Origin: Corallochytrium limacisporum Hawaii
Taxonomy: Eukaryota; Protista; Pluriformea
Length of the DNA: 64,000 bases
Direction: 5' to 3'
Assembly: GCA_002811645.1 (NCBI GenBank)
Contig: PDIP01000001.1
Location: 289,403 to 353,402, forward strand
Every line of letters starts with the position of its first letter. The first letter of the stretch is position 1. Both the position numbers and the translations under genes were made by a program. The notes beneath the pieces were generated by a model that saw only the letters and a list, made by a program, of their open reading frames with translations, had not been told where the DNA came from and did not search any database. Below, one piece after another: positions 10,991 to 21,994 of the stretch.

Positions 10991-11250
10991 TGTAATTGGA
11001 TTGGTGAGCGAAGAGACAATCAATCAATGGGATGAAACCGCTTTTTTATTTTTTTTTTCGGCAGGAATCGGACCGGTCTACTCCCTGCCGGAATATAAAT
11101 ATGGCCTGCATCACATGCATTCATGATGAAAAGTATGAGGACTATGGTAAGCCAATTGCAGGGTAATAGTTTGATGATCAAATGCAAGATCAAAAAGATT
11201 AAAACAACAATGCACGCGTAGTCCATTGTCTTCGCTCACCACCTAATGCA
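10991..11250. repeat. Imperfect inverted repeat pair (about 30 bp arms) enclosing about 205 bp; MITE-like or hairpin
   Basis: Left arm tggtgagcgaagagacaat (11002-11020); right arm attgtcttcgctcacca (11225-11241); weaker similarity extends outward. Confidence 0.55.
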
Positions 11251-13803
11251 ACGGGCCTGGTGCTTCTTCCTGTGAACTCGGAAGCGTAATTCCGGACAAC
11301 AAGAAAACACTCTTTATCAAAGGAAGACTAACGCCCCCGGCGCGGTGCGAGTTAGTACACTTTAATATTCAAATACGGTGAAGTACAAAACTGGATGTTT
11401 ACTCGGCGTTGGTAAGATAAGGGCAATCGATGTCGGAATCCACCGAAAGAAGAAACGAAAACGTGCTTCTGCGTGCGAGCCTTGCGTTTACAAACCACTG
11501 ATTGTGGCACGCTCAGCTTCAGATATATAGCTACTAGAGTCTCTCTAGACGGGAATAGCACCTATACGAAGCAGGCACTACAGGCTAGCGCACAAACTAG
11601 AACAAGTACCAGACAGAGAACCCCTCGACTTTGTGGACAAAAAGAAACGACAGGTACCCTAGGTGCTCAAATTTTGTGACTACTATCAACTGCACATAGC
11701 TTATCCGGGGATGCAATTTTGGCAGACTTAAGATATCCACCTGGCTGCGTACTTTGCGAACAGCTTTGCCTGCTAAGTGTATGTAATTCCACGCAATTCA
11801 TGGACAGCTCTAAGACGACGACCAAACCACGAAGAGAAATACTACAGACCACTTTCAAATTTCACTCTCTCTCCTCGAACGCGTGGCTGAGCTTGGTTTT
11901 GATAACTGTAAACCGGGGCCGAGGACATGGTCCAGACATGCTATTCGCGGACCCTTGGTGTGTCACAAACGTGAGCGGCAGACAAGTGTCTTGATGGCAG
12001 ACACAGGCACATCCCCTTCGCACTCTCCCCTTCGCAGTCGCACAACCTTTGCGTAAGGATTGACTTTTCATTGTGAATGAACTGGACCAGATGCTCCAGA
12101 AATGGAGGGATATTTTCTTCCTCTGTTTGGGAGAGACAGTTCCCAAGACCGGAAACAAAATTTCCCTAATGGAGTGACAATTGCGCCTGACGAGACTCTG
12201 CTGGTAGTGGACCGAACACAACCGTGACACTTCTCTTGGGGAGAGGGGGGGTCGGGGGGCATTTTGAAAGGATTTCCCGCACACATCTTCGTGATCACTC
12301 ATCGCTGTTCAAAGTAATATGTAAAATGGGCACACCTTTCCATTACTTCGCCATGTCCTATCCATTCGGTGGCTCTTCCACCGCACCTTCTATACGTGCA
12401 ATCTTCGCGTAGCATCTCTGAAACCCCTAATCATAAATCCACGACGAAAGTGATGTTACCACTACACTTGCCTGCAGATCCTAAATACATGTTCACTCGC
12501 TCCCTTCCCTGTAACCCCTGGGACTAGATATCTCCCTACAGTCGCAATCGACTTATCATGGACAACGGAAAAGAGTCCGTCTGACATGACATGATGTGCG
12601 TATGGGCTTCAGACATCCGAGTTCGCTTACTCAAAGAACTGAACCTGCCCATCTATACGAGATGGCCCGGGAGTTAACCCTGCTGGAAATTATGGGAGGA
12701 GAGAAAAGCGTCCGGCCAAAACACAGGAATATATCCCATACTGCCAAAGGGGAACTCGGAATTGCGGTCCAGAGGAAACAAAGTGTTTGCTGTGAGAGTG
12801 TGTGTATACTCGTGCGTCCATCACGGGACATCATCGCCCTGGCAGACTTCCGCACTGAAACTATTGCTGACGAGTCACAGAGAACCCGTGCTGTTGGGAA
12901 GTTCAGTACTAAATGACTGACATTATTCGGTCTCTCTTCTGAACACTGTCCTAAAGATCATGGGGCTCTCTCACCCAATGTCAGAACACTGGGGACGGGA
13001 GGATTTGGGCGAAAAAAAAAAACTTTCTTCCCCGAGTCCTTCCTACCGTTGGCTCTCAGTGCGAACACCGCACAACTTCCCCCTTGTTCATTTCGCGGAC
13101 CCACACGACGCAGTCTCTGAGGACTGGTAGTGCAAAATTGCTGTTCGAAAGCCGGCTCCGTCGTCTTCCAGTAGTTTGACAAGTGAAAAGAGGGACCTTC
13201 TCCGGCAGCCCCAGCGTGTTTCATAGCGCAAAACATTGCAGCTAGGCACAGACCAATACGTTGAAACCACTAAAGCCGAAGGAGGGGCCCATCCCCTGGG
13301 GGCGGGTGGAGATTGGCTCTGAATGTATTGCCTTTGGGGAAGACTGCACAGGACCAGTCCGCTTCCATTTCACTTGTTTCCCGTCCGGTACCACAAAAAG
13401 GTCTTGGCCACATTTAGCGCGAGGGAAGGGGGGGTGGACCACACGGAGCCCCAGCCCTCCCACACTACCCGTACTGTACAGGAGAGTAAGGAGGCGGGAC
13501 ACCCCCGAGGAGAAATTTCAGGAACGAACTATTTGGTCTTGGATGTGTGTGTGTGTGTTTTTTGGTTTTAGGGTTCTTGGTTTTCCAATTTATTAGTGAC
13601 AACGGTTTTTGTCAATTTCCAGGAAAATGAACTTTTAAAAGATATATTCGCGTATTGAGGCTACACTTAGAATATGACAGAAAGGTACTTCCGATCAGAC
13701 AAAAACAAATTCCCGAAATATGGGAAACGAGAGCACAGCGATCACAAAAACCACGGACACCTTGTAAGGGATACAAGTGAGCCCACAAACAGATACAGTC
13801 ATC

Positions 13804-15483
13804 ATGGCAGCTTTTGCTGTTTCATCAACTCAAGAATGCAAGACCTGTCTGTTCATCAGAGCAGCAGTGACTCGCAACCCCTGGCCAGAGAACTTCTGGA
13901 GCCGTCTGGAGGTAATGCGCCTGGACTGGCGAAAATCGGGCAGTCTCTGCTGCCCCTGGATTGCTTACGCTTTCCCTGAGGTGCTGATCAAGAAAATGGA
14001 AGAGACTGGAATTTCAACTTTGGGAAAAGAACAGGCTGGGGCTATCATTACCATATACAGTGACTTCTACACATTCTCACCTGGACGGGGTGCCAACTTG
14101 CTGACGACCACCACACCATTGATCCGCCACCTGGCCCTCCGAGACATTCCACAGACTCTGCTCCTTGCGGACAGCACATCCGAAGAGCGTCGTAAGGCTA
14201 TGGTATTCTATCACAACCTGTCTGCGTCTGAGGAGAAGGGCAAGGACCTGGTTTGGACCGCAATGCTGTCCAACCCTACCCTCTTCATGGGTCTTCGCTT
14301 TCTGGGACAGGAAGTCGACGATGCTGAGGTCCCGAATCAAGTCTCCTTCAGCCCGGCGACAGCCAACGGCATGCAGGGCAGTCCTGACGACAACCCGGAA
14401 TTAGTCCTTGAGGCTTGGGAGGAGGTCATGGTGGCCGTTGTGTTCCAGTGTTTGAACGTGCCCCCGCATCCCCAGGCCATCGGCAGCGACCTCGCCACAA
14501 CTGGGCCCACTGACGGGCAGAAACGCTGGCAACAGCTCTTGCAGACTCAGCTGAAGGGCATTTGGTTGGCATTCTTTGATGCCCTTGCGGGACTTGCGCT
14601 CTACAATTTGGAGGATAAGCGTACCGACAAGCAGTCCTTGGGGCGAGGTGTGGAGTACGCCGTCTGGATTCTGGATTGTGGTTTGAGTGAAGGCATGCTA
14701 GAGCACATGTCCATGAATTCGTGTATTTCTCTGCCCAACATTTTGCGCTACACGCGTACATTTGCCAAAGCTGCGAACGGTGTAGTTGTGGTGGACCGCA
14801 GTGCAGAGCAGTATCCGCGGGGGGATCTGCAGGAATGGTACGATGGAAAGAAATGTATTCTCACCCGTGGGGCGGTGCAGCATGTTGGTAAAATGGTATC
14901 CTGGCTCGGTGAGAAGGTGACGTCCCATGTCCAGGTGCAAGCTGATGTAGCAACGGAACGTATTGCTGATTTCTGGAAGATCACTCTGGACATCATTGCA
15001 TCAATTGCCCTGCACTCTGGTAGTGACAATGCTGACCTTCGGGCAGAATTGGTGGAAACTGGTGTTATGCAGGGGCTTCTTATTTTGCTAGACCACTTGG
15101 ATATGCTTTTCGCACCAATTCGGAAACCGGGAGAGGTAGCTACTCATCCATGCGACGGTCTGAAGACCGCTGTCATGCGTGCTTTGGCCAACCTTGTCTA
15201 CAATAGTCCGTATGCTCAGGAGGTCATGCGTGAGAGTGGTGCTTTGCGGGCGGCCCTGAACCACTGCGTGCACGACGAGCGCAACCCTTACCTTAGGGAA
15301 TGGAGCATCTTCGCCATTCGCAATGCAATTGTACACAACAATGAGAATCAGGAGATCATTCGCCAGATGGAACGCAACCAGGAGGTCCCTATGGAGGTCC
15401 TGGACGGTGCCGGGTTTGAGGTTGACATCCTCGACGATGGTGGCCTCAAGCTGCGTCGCAAAGACGGATCGGAGGGAAGCTGA
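13804..15483 (+). CDS. ATXN10: Ataxin-10 (ARM-repeat, Atx10homo_assoc C-terminal domain)
   Basis: GLKTAVMRALANLVY..YAQEVMRESGAL..ALNHCVHDERNPYLREWSIFAIRN...NNENQEII is the ataxin-10 C-terminal signature. The start is uncertain (in-frame ATGs at 13804, 13915, 13996). Confidence 0.85.
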   Translation: MAAFAVSSTQECKTCLFIRAAVTRNPWPENFWSRLEVMRLDWRKSGSLCCPWIAYAFPEVLIKKMEETGISTLGKEQAGAIITIYSDFYTFSPGRGANLLTTTTPLIRHLALRDIPQTLLLADSTSEERRKAMVFYHNLSASEEKGKDLVWTAMLSNPTLFMGLRFLGQEVDDAEVPNQVSFSPATANGMQGSPDDNPELVLEAWEEVMVAVVFQCLNVPPHPQAIGSDLATTGPTDGQKRWQQLLQTQLKGIWLAFFDALAGLALYNLEDKRTDKQSLGRGVEYAVWILDCGLSEGMLEHMSMNSCISLPNILRYTRTFAKAANGVVVVDRSAEQYPRGDLQEWYDGKKCILTRGAVQHVGKMVSWLGEKVTSHVQVQADVATERIADFWKITLDIIASIALHSGSDNADLRAELVETGVMQGLLILLDHLDMLFAPIRKPGEVATHPCDGLKTAVMRALANLVYNSPYAQEVMRESGALRAALNHCVHDERNPYLREWSIFAIRNAIVHNNENQEIIRQMERNQEVPMEVLDGAGFEVDILDDGGLKLRRKDGSEGS

Positions 15484-17133
15484 GTGACCACGTCTTCATA
15501 AGAAACACCAACAACCCATCGACCAAATGTGCACTTCATATAAAGAATTCCATTTAATTTACCGACAAAGTTTAGTAAACTCCATTTGATCGATCTATGG
15601 CTTGAGCTTCTCTGTAGTACAGAGGGGGACTTAAAGGGTCCCCTTCCTCGAATTATCATGCCCTGATGGAACTGGCACAACAAATTGGCCCGATTCGACT
15701 GCATAAGTCCGGGACGATGATCATCCTTGGGAATCTGTCATAGACACACGACCATACATTGGCCCGTACTCCTCAGAACCAACTACTCTGGATCATCTTG
15801 CGATGACACGTTCAATTTAGAACATGTTTACAATATAGTGGCAGTGCTCTGAGAGCCGAGTAGCTTGATGGCAAAAGATCTATGGCGTGTCCGCTGTCGA
15901 ACATGCTCTAGACAGGTATTTAAATATACGGACAGTAAGAGCGAGGTGACACTGGATGTGATTCGCAGAGTCGGGTACCGGGCCGGGTTAAAGTGCGATC
16001 GTACCATAGCAAAAGCTCTGAGTTCCCCACACAATTCCAATAGTGAACAGGTGGAATATTTCTTCCAATGCAAATGGAATGGGTCGGGCGGGGAAGTATA
16101 TTCAATTATTCTGGGCACTAGGCAAACAGTGGACCACATAACCGTCACCCACCAACGCGAGGCCTACCTCCCAGCACACACAAACGCAGGCGCCATTAAG
16201 CATAACAAATCACCGAGCCCCACTCCAATCGCCTTTGTTCGATCACACGTCCCAACCATGCACTATTGTGACTGCCAGTGCGGGGAAGGGATAGGCCGTT
16301 TCTGCCGAAACCGCCCGTTCTGATACTCCCCAACCTCTCTCGCGGTCCCCGCCTGTTGTTCTCCAAGGGTTGCCACAGAGAGGATCGATGCCAAAGAACG
16401 CAACCCAGCCGTACCCAAAGAAGGGGGGGGGGGGATTGCTGCCGGTTGATCGGACCGGAGATGCTAGGCACGGGGATTCGCAATACAGTGAATTGGACGT
16501 CCTTACCGCTTTCGAGAATGAAGAATAGTCAAATAGAGTGTCGGCCGTGTTCACTTCTTGCTGTCTGGGGACAACACTGAAGTAGAGTTTCGCTCCAAAA
16601 CGGGCTCTGTTCCTTCGTCTTTCCTTTGCTTCCTCCGTGCGTTTCGCTTCGTGCGTTTCCTTTGGTGAACTAGCTCGCCTGGTTGGGTTACCCCTTGCTT
16701 CGCTCAGTTTTCACCATGGCAAACCTGCGAATTAGAAAATCGGCCGCTGGCCGAATAGTGCCAATGCTTTCTTTATTTAGTTGGGAGGTATGGAATTGTC
16801 GGGGCTACCCCGTGTGGGACAGTTTTTGGGACAGATTTGTCTGTCTGCAGCAGGACTCGCGCATGGGGCCACCATACGTCCTAAGTGACCAACGGGTCCG
16901 GACCGTACAGAATCTATTTGATGCATGTTAAACTATGAACTTACCAGATGTTGAGCGAAGGAAGCAGAGCGATACCCAGTTCGAATGACTGAGCAAACTT
17001 GTGGGAACAAAAACTTTTCAGGACTGGCAACAAACTCTCAAATCAGTGCACATCTGACACGGACACTCTGCCCCAGTAATTGCAGTCACACGTTCATTCA
17101 ATTCGCATAGATATCATCAACACCAAGACGGAC

Positions 17134-18261
17134 ATGTCGGGAAATACACCGCTGAAGAGCATCCAGATCAGCGGGACTGGGACTGCTCGCACGGTCAGCG
17201 GAGACAAGTTTATCGGAGACCGCCAAGTCGTTCGAAGCAGAAGCGTTAGTGAAGCAGACCCAGCGCTGCCCCTAAAGAGCCCTTTTGCGCCGTCAAAAAC
17301 CCCCGCTGAGCCTACCAACTTGAAGGTCGCCCTGGTCACTGCGGTTTGGTTTCTGTCAAACATTACCATTTCCAATGTGAATAAGGTAATCTTCAAGTTC
17401 TACGACTTTAAGTTTCCCATTTTTGTCACCATTGTGCATATGGTTGTATGCAGTATAATGAGCTTCCTGTTTCTCAGGGTGTTTCGTTTTGGTATCTTGA
17501 AAAAGGTACCCCAGCGCATCTTCTACCGCAGCATTGTCCCGCTCGCCTTTGTCTTCTTTGTCAGTGTTTGCAGCGGCAACGTGGCCCTGAAGTACATTTA
17601 CGTCAGTTACGCTCAGATGATTGGTGCCACAACACCCCTGTTCACAGTGGTAGTTAGCGTATTGGTCACGGGTGCGACCTTCAATCAGTATGTGTGGCTG
17701 TCCATGGTGCCCATTGCGGGTGGCATTATGCTGACCATCTCCGGGGAAGTTAACTTCAACATGGTCGGTACACTCTTCCTCATTCTAGCTACAATTGCGA
17801 GGGCTTTGAAAACGGTATTGCAAGGTATGCTGCTGAGCGGTAAGGACATGAAGATGGATAGCATGAATCTACTTTACTATATGGCACCCGCTACTGTTGC
17901 TTTCCTGACACCAACCTGTATCATCTGGGAAGGCTCTGATCTATTAGTAAGATTCTATGAGAGCGACGATAGTGGTCTGTGGCAATTAGTTTTGGCATCG
18001 GGTTTCACTGCATTCTTTGTCAACTACTTCAACTTCCTCGTCACCCAGTATACATCCGCCGTGACCCAGCAGGTGCTAGGTAACCTCAAAGTGGTCATGA
18101 GTATCATCTCCTCAGTAGTCATATTTGAAAATGAGATTTCAGGTTCAGCAGCCCTTGGATGTCTAATTGCACTTTGCGGTGGTGCACTGTATGGTAGGGT
18201 CAACAAGTGGCCCAAGCACCTGAAACTTGGAGAATTCCCCGAAGACAAACAGCTATTCTAG
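17134..18261 (+). CDS. Triose-phosphate transporter family / SLC35-type nucleotide-sugar transporter
   Basis: About 10 TM segments; NKVIFK..DFKFPIFVT..H, GNVALKYIYVSYAQMIGATTPLFT, MDSMNLLYYMAP, TSAVTQQVLGNLK. First ATG at 17134. Confidence 0.9.
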   Translation: MSGNTPLKSIQISGTGTARTVSGDKFIGDRQVVRSRSVSEADPALPLKSPFAPSKTPAEPTNLKVALVTAVWFLSNITISNVNKVIFKFYDFKFPIFVTIVHMVVCSIMSFLFLRVFRFGILKKVPQRIFYRSIVPLAFVFFVSVCSGNVALKYIYVSYAQMIGATTPLFTVVVSVLVTGATFNQYVWLSMVPIAGGIMLTISGEVNFNMVGTLFLILATIARALKTVLQGMLLSGKDMKMDSMNLLYYMAPATVAFLTPTCIIWEGSDLLVRFYESDDSGLWQLVLASGFTAFFVNYFNFLVTQYTSAVTQQVLGNLKVVMSIISSVVIFENEISGSAALGCLIALCGGALYGRVNKWPKHLKLGEFPEDKQLF

Positions 18262-18685
18262 ATCACAAAACCATAATTTTCACTGTAGTATACTAAAACT
18301 CGAGACACATCGTACAAAAATATTGTATTGTTGGGTGTTACTATTGTCTGTTTCCGTGAGTGCAAGATAATGCAATACCTGTTCACTATCTTAGTGCGCG
18401 TTCGGCATATATTTAAGCACATATGCATCTTACAATAAAACAAATTCACCAGTGCACACAAACGAAACAACAAAACACATAAGGATCCGACAATATATAG
18501 CTCTCACGGCTAGGAAAAGAAGAAATATGTGTGGAACGACGATGTTCGATTTCGAAATACCAAATAGATCTTATAGGAAAATATGAGCTCTTTTTCAATT
18601 GTACGAAAGTCCTACATTGAAATTGAATATGGAAAAGTGCATGAATTACAATTACGGGCAGAATAATTGGTATACAAAATAAAAT

Positions 18686-19375
18686 TCAGATCTTACTGGA
18701 TGTGTTGAGGAATGGATCGCTGCGGTACTTGACTTGAGATTCGTGGTCTAGATGGCGTCTTGTGAATTCAATATCAGCATTGATATCATCTTTCAGGGCC
18801 TCTAGACTGTCGTAATTTTTTTCTGGCCGAATGTATCCACAAATGATGAGGTTAAGCTGCTCTCCATAGAAATCCTCGTCAAAATTAGAGATCAAATGAG
18901 CTTCCGCGGACCGCTTCTGGTTATTATAGAAAGGATTCCATCCAATACTCATAACCATCGGATAAATTTCACCTCGCAATCCAGCCCATCCCATGTAAAT
19001 TCCGGATTCCAGATCTGCTGGCAAGTTGTCAACCTTGTCCTGCGAGAAATTCGCCGTAGGGCAGCCCAGCTCTTTACCACCACGCCCATAGCCGCGGGCA
19101 ACCGGGCCGCTGAGATACAGGGGCAGGCCAGGTGCATCGTATCCCTTAGCACCGACTGCGTTCTTCTGTCCCGGTTGTGATCTGGCAGTCACCATGGCCG
19201 CAAAGTGTCTGACAGTACCTGATTCCAGCCGGGTTTGCGTCTCCTGCGGTAAAGATTCACGGGACAGGGTATAGTGCTGACAGGAGTATGACCACCGGGA
19301 ACGGTTGTTCTGTGGAAACCTGGCTGCCGTTGCAATGACTTTAAACAATGGACTTCCTGCACAGCGAATGAACAT
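18686..19375 (-). CDS. RFK: Riboflavin kinase (RFK/FMN1) with a probable mitochondrial presequence
   Basis: GYGRGGKELGCPTAN, GIYMGWA, MVMSIGWNPFY, EAHL, DFYG, GYIRPE; Arg-rich, acid-poor N-terminus. Confidence 0.95.
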   Translation of the reverse strand: MFIRCAGSPLFKVIATAARFPQNNRSRWSYSCQHYTLSRESLPQETQTRLESGTVRHFAAMVTARSQPGQKNAVGAKGYDAPGLPLYLSGPVARGYGRGGKELGCPTANFSQDKVDNLPADLESGIYMGWAGLRGEIYPMVMSIGWNPFYNNQKRSAEAHLISNFDEDFYGEQLNLIICGYIRPEKNYDSLEALKDDINADIEFTRRHLDHESQVKYRSDPFLNTSSKI

Positions 19376-19473
19376 GGATTTCCGCCGCCAATCAAAGAGA
19401 GCGATAAAGCACCGGGCTCTCCTGAGTACACTAACTTAATTCACAAATGTGAAAGGTCACCACGATCTCCTTC

Positions 19474-19511
19474 CTTGTGAAATTTAATAGTTAGCCAAAC
19501 TCAATCCTTAC
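19474..19511 (-). other. Predicted 38-nt intron in the RFK 5' leader
   Basis: Minus strand GTAAGG-attgagtttg-GCTAAC-tattaaatttcac-AAG. Confidence 0.55.
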
Positions 19512-20109
19512 AAATGGGTTAAAGTATTAAACACTATGTGAGCGAGATTGTAAGTACTGCTACCATGGTACACTGTGTAGAAAGGTGCACGCAATATCAC
19601 AACAGTGATTCAAATAAGTCCAGAATTGTACATACAGACCCGCCGGTAGTTGCCCCCATATCACTGTGGCACCCTCCAAAGGCCTGCTCTCGCCTCCCAT
19701 TGTTCTCTTCCGTCTTGTCTAGCTCCGCTTTCTTCCTTTCTCTCCGTCTGAGGGGCCCTCCGCGTGTGTATGCAGTGAGAACTGGGTAGGGAAACCCATT
19801 CTGCGTTCGTTGTTGTCTTGATTCCGCAGGCAAGTGCCCCCTCAGCTGATGGAGTAGCAGGTCCCACAATCAATTGATCTCGTGGTTGCATCAGTTTGCG
19901 GGAGGGCGCAGAATTCGATTGACCCGAAGGTCCTCGAAGATATGATCGAACGACCCAGTCATCATGCTGGGCTCACAAGACCTAGGTAGATGTATTCATT
20001 ATGAAAGATGCTTATTATTAGAAACATTCCTTATGGGCAATTGATGCATTATGAGAAACAGGCCTCTATGAAGATGGATGCGATAATCGGTGATGCCATC
20101 CTCTACGAT

Positions 20110-21147
20110 TCAATGTATCCGCTTGGGCAAGGTCACACCGTAGCGATCAGAGTATAGTCGCAACAGTGTCCCCGACAGAACACCAAAGATCACTCGCGGT
20201 GCGTGTAGAGCAGGCATGGCCGTCCGGGCCAAAAGATAAGTGATTGCGGACACTGCAGCTGTAGTTGCATAGATGGCCTTGTCAGAGCGCAAAATCCGCG
20301 GCTTACCACCACCAGTGAGTACGTCGCGGGTCATCCCACCGAAGGTGGCGGTCATGACTCCGCACATGACACAGAGCAAGGGAGCACTAGCCAATCCACA
20401 GCGCAGGGCATTCTGACATCCGATGACGCCAAAAGCACCTACTCCTAGGGCATCTCCTAGTTCGAGTGCAATGTTGCGGGGCTCCTCACGCTCGAGACGG
20501 AAGGAAACGCCGTTCGAAGAGGTGGACAGTGTCGAAGTCGACGATCCTTGCTGTTGCTGCTGCTGTTGCCTCTGCTTCACGTCTGAGAGGTGTTTACGGT
20601 CTACTCCGGGATGCCGCGGCTGGTGCAGGCTTTGTGTGTCCTCGTCATTCTCACTTGACCACAGTGCAAATGTAAGCATGGAGCACACTACAGCAATATA
20701 TATGTACTCGGGCTCGTCGAACCAGAAAGCCCGTCTGCCCAATAATACATCACGCACACTACCACCACCGACAGCAGTGATTGTGGCCACGGCAGTGCAG
20801 CCAAAGGCATCCATTCCAAAGGCAGAGGCTGTGAGGGTCCCACCGACAGCGAATGCGGCAGTACCTAGATAGTCAAAGCCCCGAAGCATACCACCGGCAC
20901 TGATTAATGACGGATAACGTGGCATGCCGTCGATGGCATGACCAGTGGTAGGCATAATCCAGTGAGGATCTGTGTAAGAAGGAGTTTCTGACGACTGGTC
21001 TGCAGTGTGGAAGCGTGCCACAGTTGTCGTGCGAACCGTGGGAATCCCATTTGGCCATCGAGCCCGCAGAATAGTACTCTGTCCCAAAGCATCCGCAGTT
21101 CGAGTGCCTTGCAGCAGCCGTGTTACTAATCTGCTGCTGATCGGCAT
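20110..21147 (-). CDS. UPF0126/YadS-type (prokaryotic TRIC channel family) membrane protein with a mitochondrial-like presequence
   Basis: Duplicated repeat: DYLGTAAFAVGG...ITAVGGGSVRDVLLG and DALGVGAFGVIG...MTATFGGMTRDVLTG, plus IYAT; Arg/Thr/Ser-rich N-terminus; polyQ loop insertion. Confidence 0.85.
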   Translation of the reverse strand: MPISSRLVTRLLQGTRTADALGQSTILRARWPNGIPTVRTTTVARFHTADQSSETPSYTDPHWIMPTTGHAIDGMPRYPSLISAGGMLRGFDYLGTAAFAVGGTLTASAFGMDAFGCTAVATITAVGGGSVRDVLLGRRAFWFDEPEYIYIAVVCSMLTFALWSSENDEDTQSLHQPRHPGVDRKHLSDVKQRQQQQQQQGSSTSTLSTSSNGVSFRLEREEPRNIALELGDALGVGAFGVIGCQNALRCGLASAPLLCVMCGVMTATFGGMTRDVLTGGGKPRILRSDKAIYATTAAVSAITYLLARTAMPALHAPRVIFGVLSGTLLRLYSDRYGVTLPKRIH

Positions 21148-21994
21148 GGTCTATATCGCGGTGGAAAATAGGCAAGAATTCTGTGGAACCCGAACCGATC
21201 AAGCACTGCCATTCTCCTGCTCAGTCACACCCACGGTACGCCCACCAGTTTCCATGAAGTACCCGCCCTTAATCCTAAATGACGCCATTCCCCGCGCGAT
21301 CATAAGAAATCTGCGCCTTTTTTATTAATGTGTCTCACCCTCCTCGCTCCCTCTCCGTCTCCCTCACCCTGTTCTGTTACTAGTCCCTTCACTCAAGCTC
21401 CTTTTCCCCCAAGCTTTACATAAGCCCACCGGAACGGGGGCCGCATTTCCGACTCGGCGGTGTTTGGAACCCTCCCCTTCTCCTTTGGACCTCAACGAGA
21501 CCCGCGTGGAAAATGTTCCAATTCTCCCCCCCCCCCTCCCCGCGGGGCGGGCGAGGCGGGTTCATGACTTTCTTTGCTGGCACCCGTGCCACGCACGACC
21601 TCATTGCCTGGGACTCTCTGCCCAACTGGGCCCGTTTCCCGCACAGCAGCAATCCAGCCAACAAATTGAGACCCGCGTGTGGTTCACTGTTTGGCTTGTG
21701 CTTGTCGAGGTGGAAGGGCAGGAGTCCGTGGTCGGTGGAAGGAGAAGGGCCACCGAAGGCTTCCTGTGCGCAGAAAGTTATCTGATAGTGGCCATTGGTG
21801 CTACAAGTAAGTTCGTATTACATTATGCGATGACACCGAAGAGAATCTGTGAGATTAATGGGAAGGAACTGCAATCTGTGCTCACAGAAGGTGGCATGGA
21901 AGATCAGGGATACGCCTGAAGGCATGTGTTGGAATTTAGGTAGGGAATAACTATAGATAGGGATACTCACGTATATAATACACAAACAGCAACG

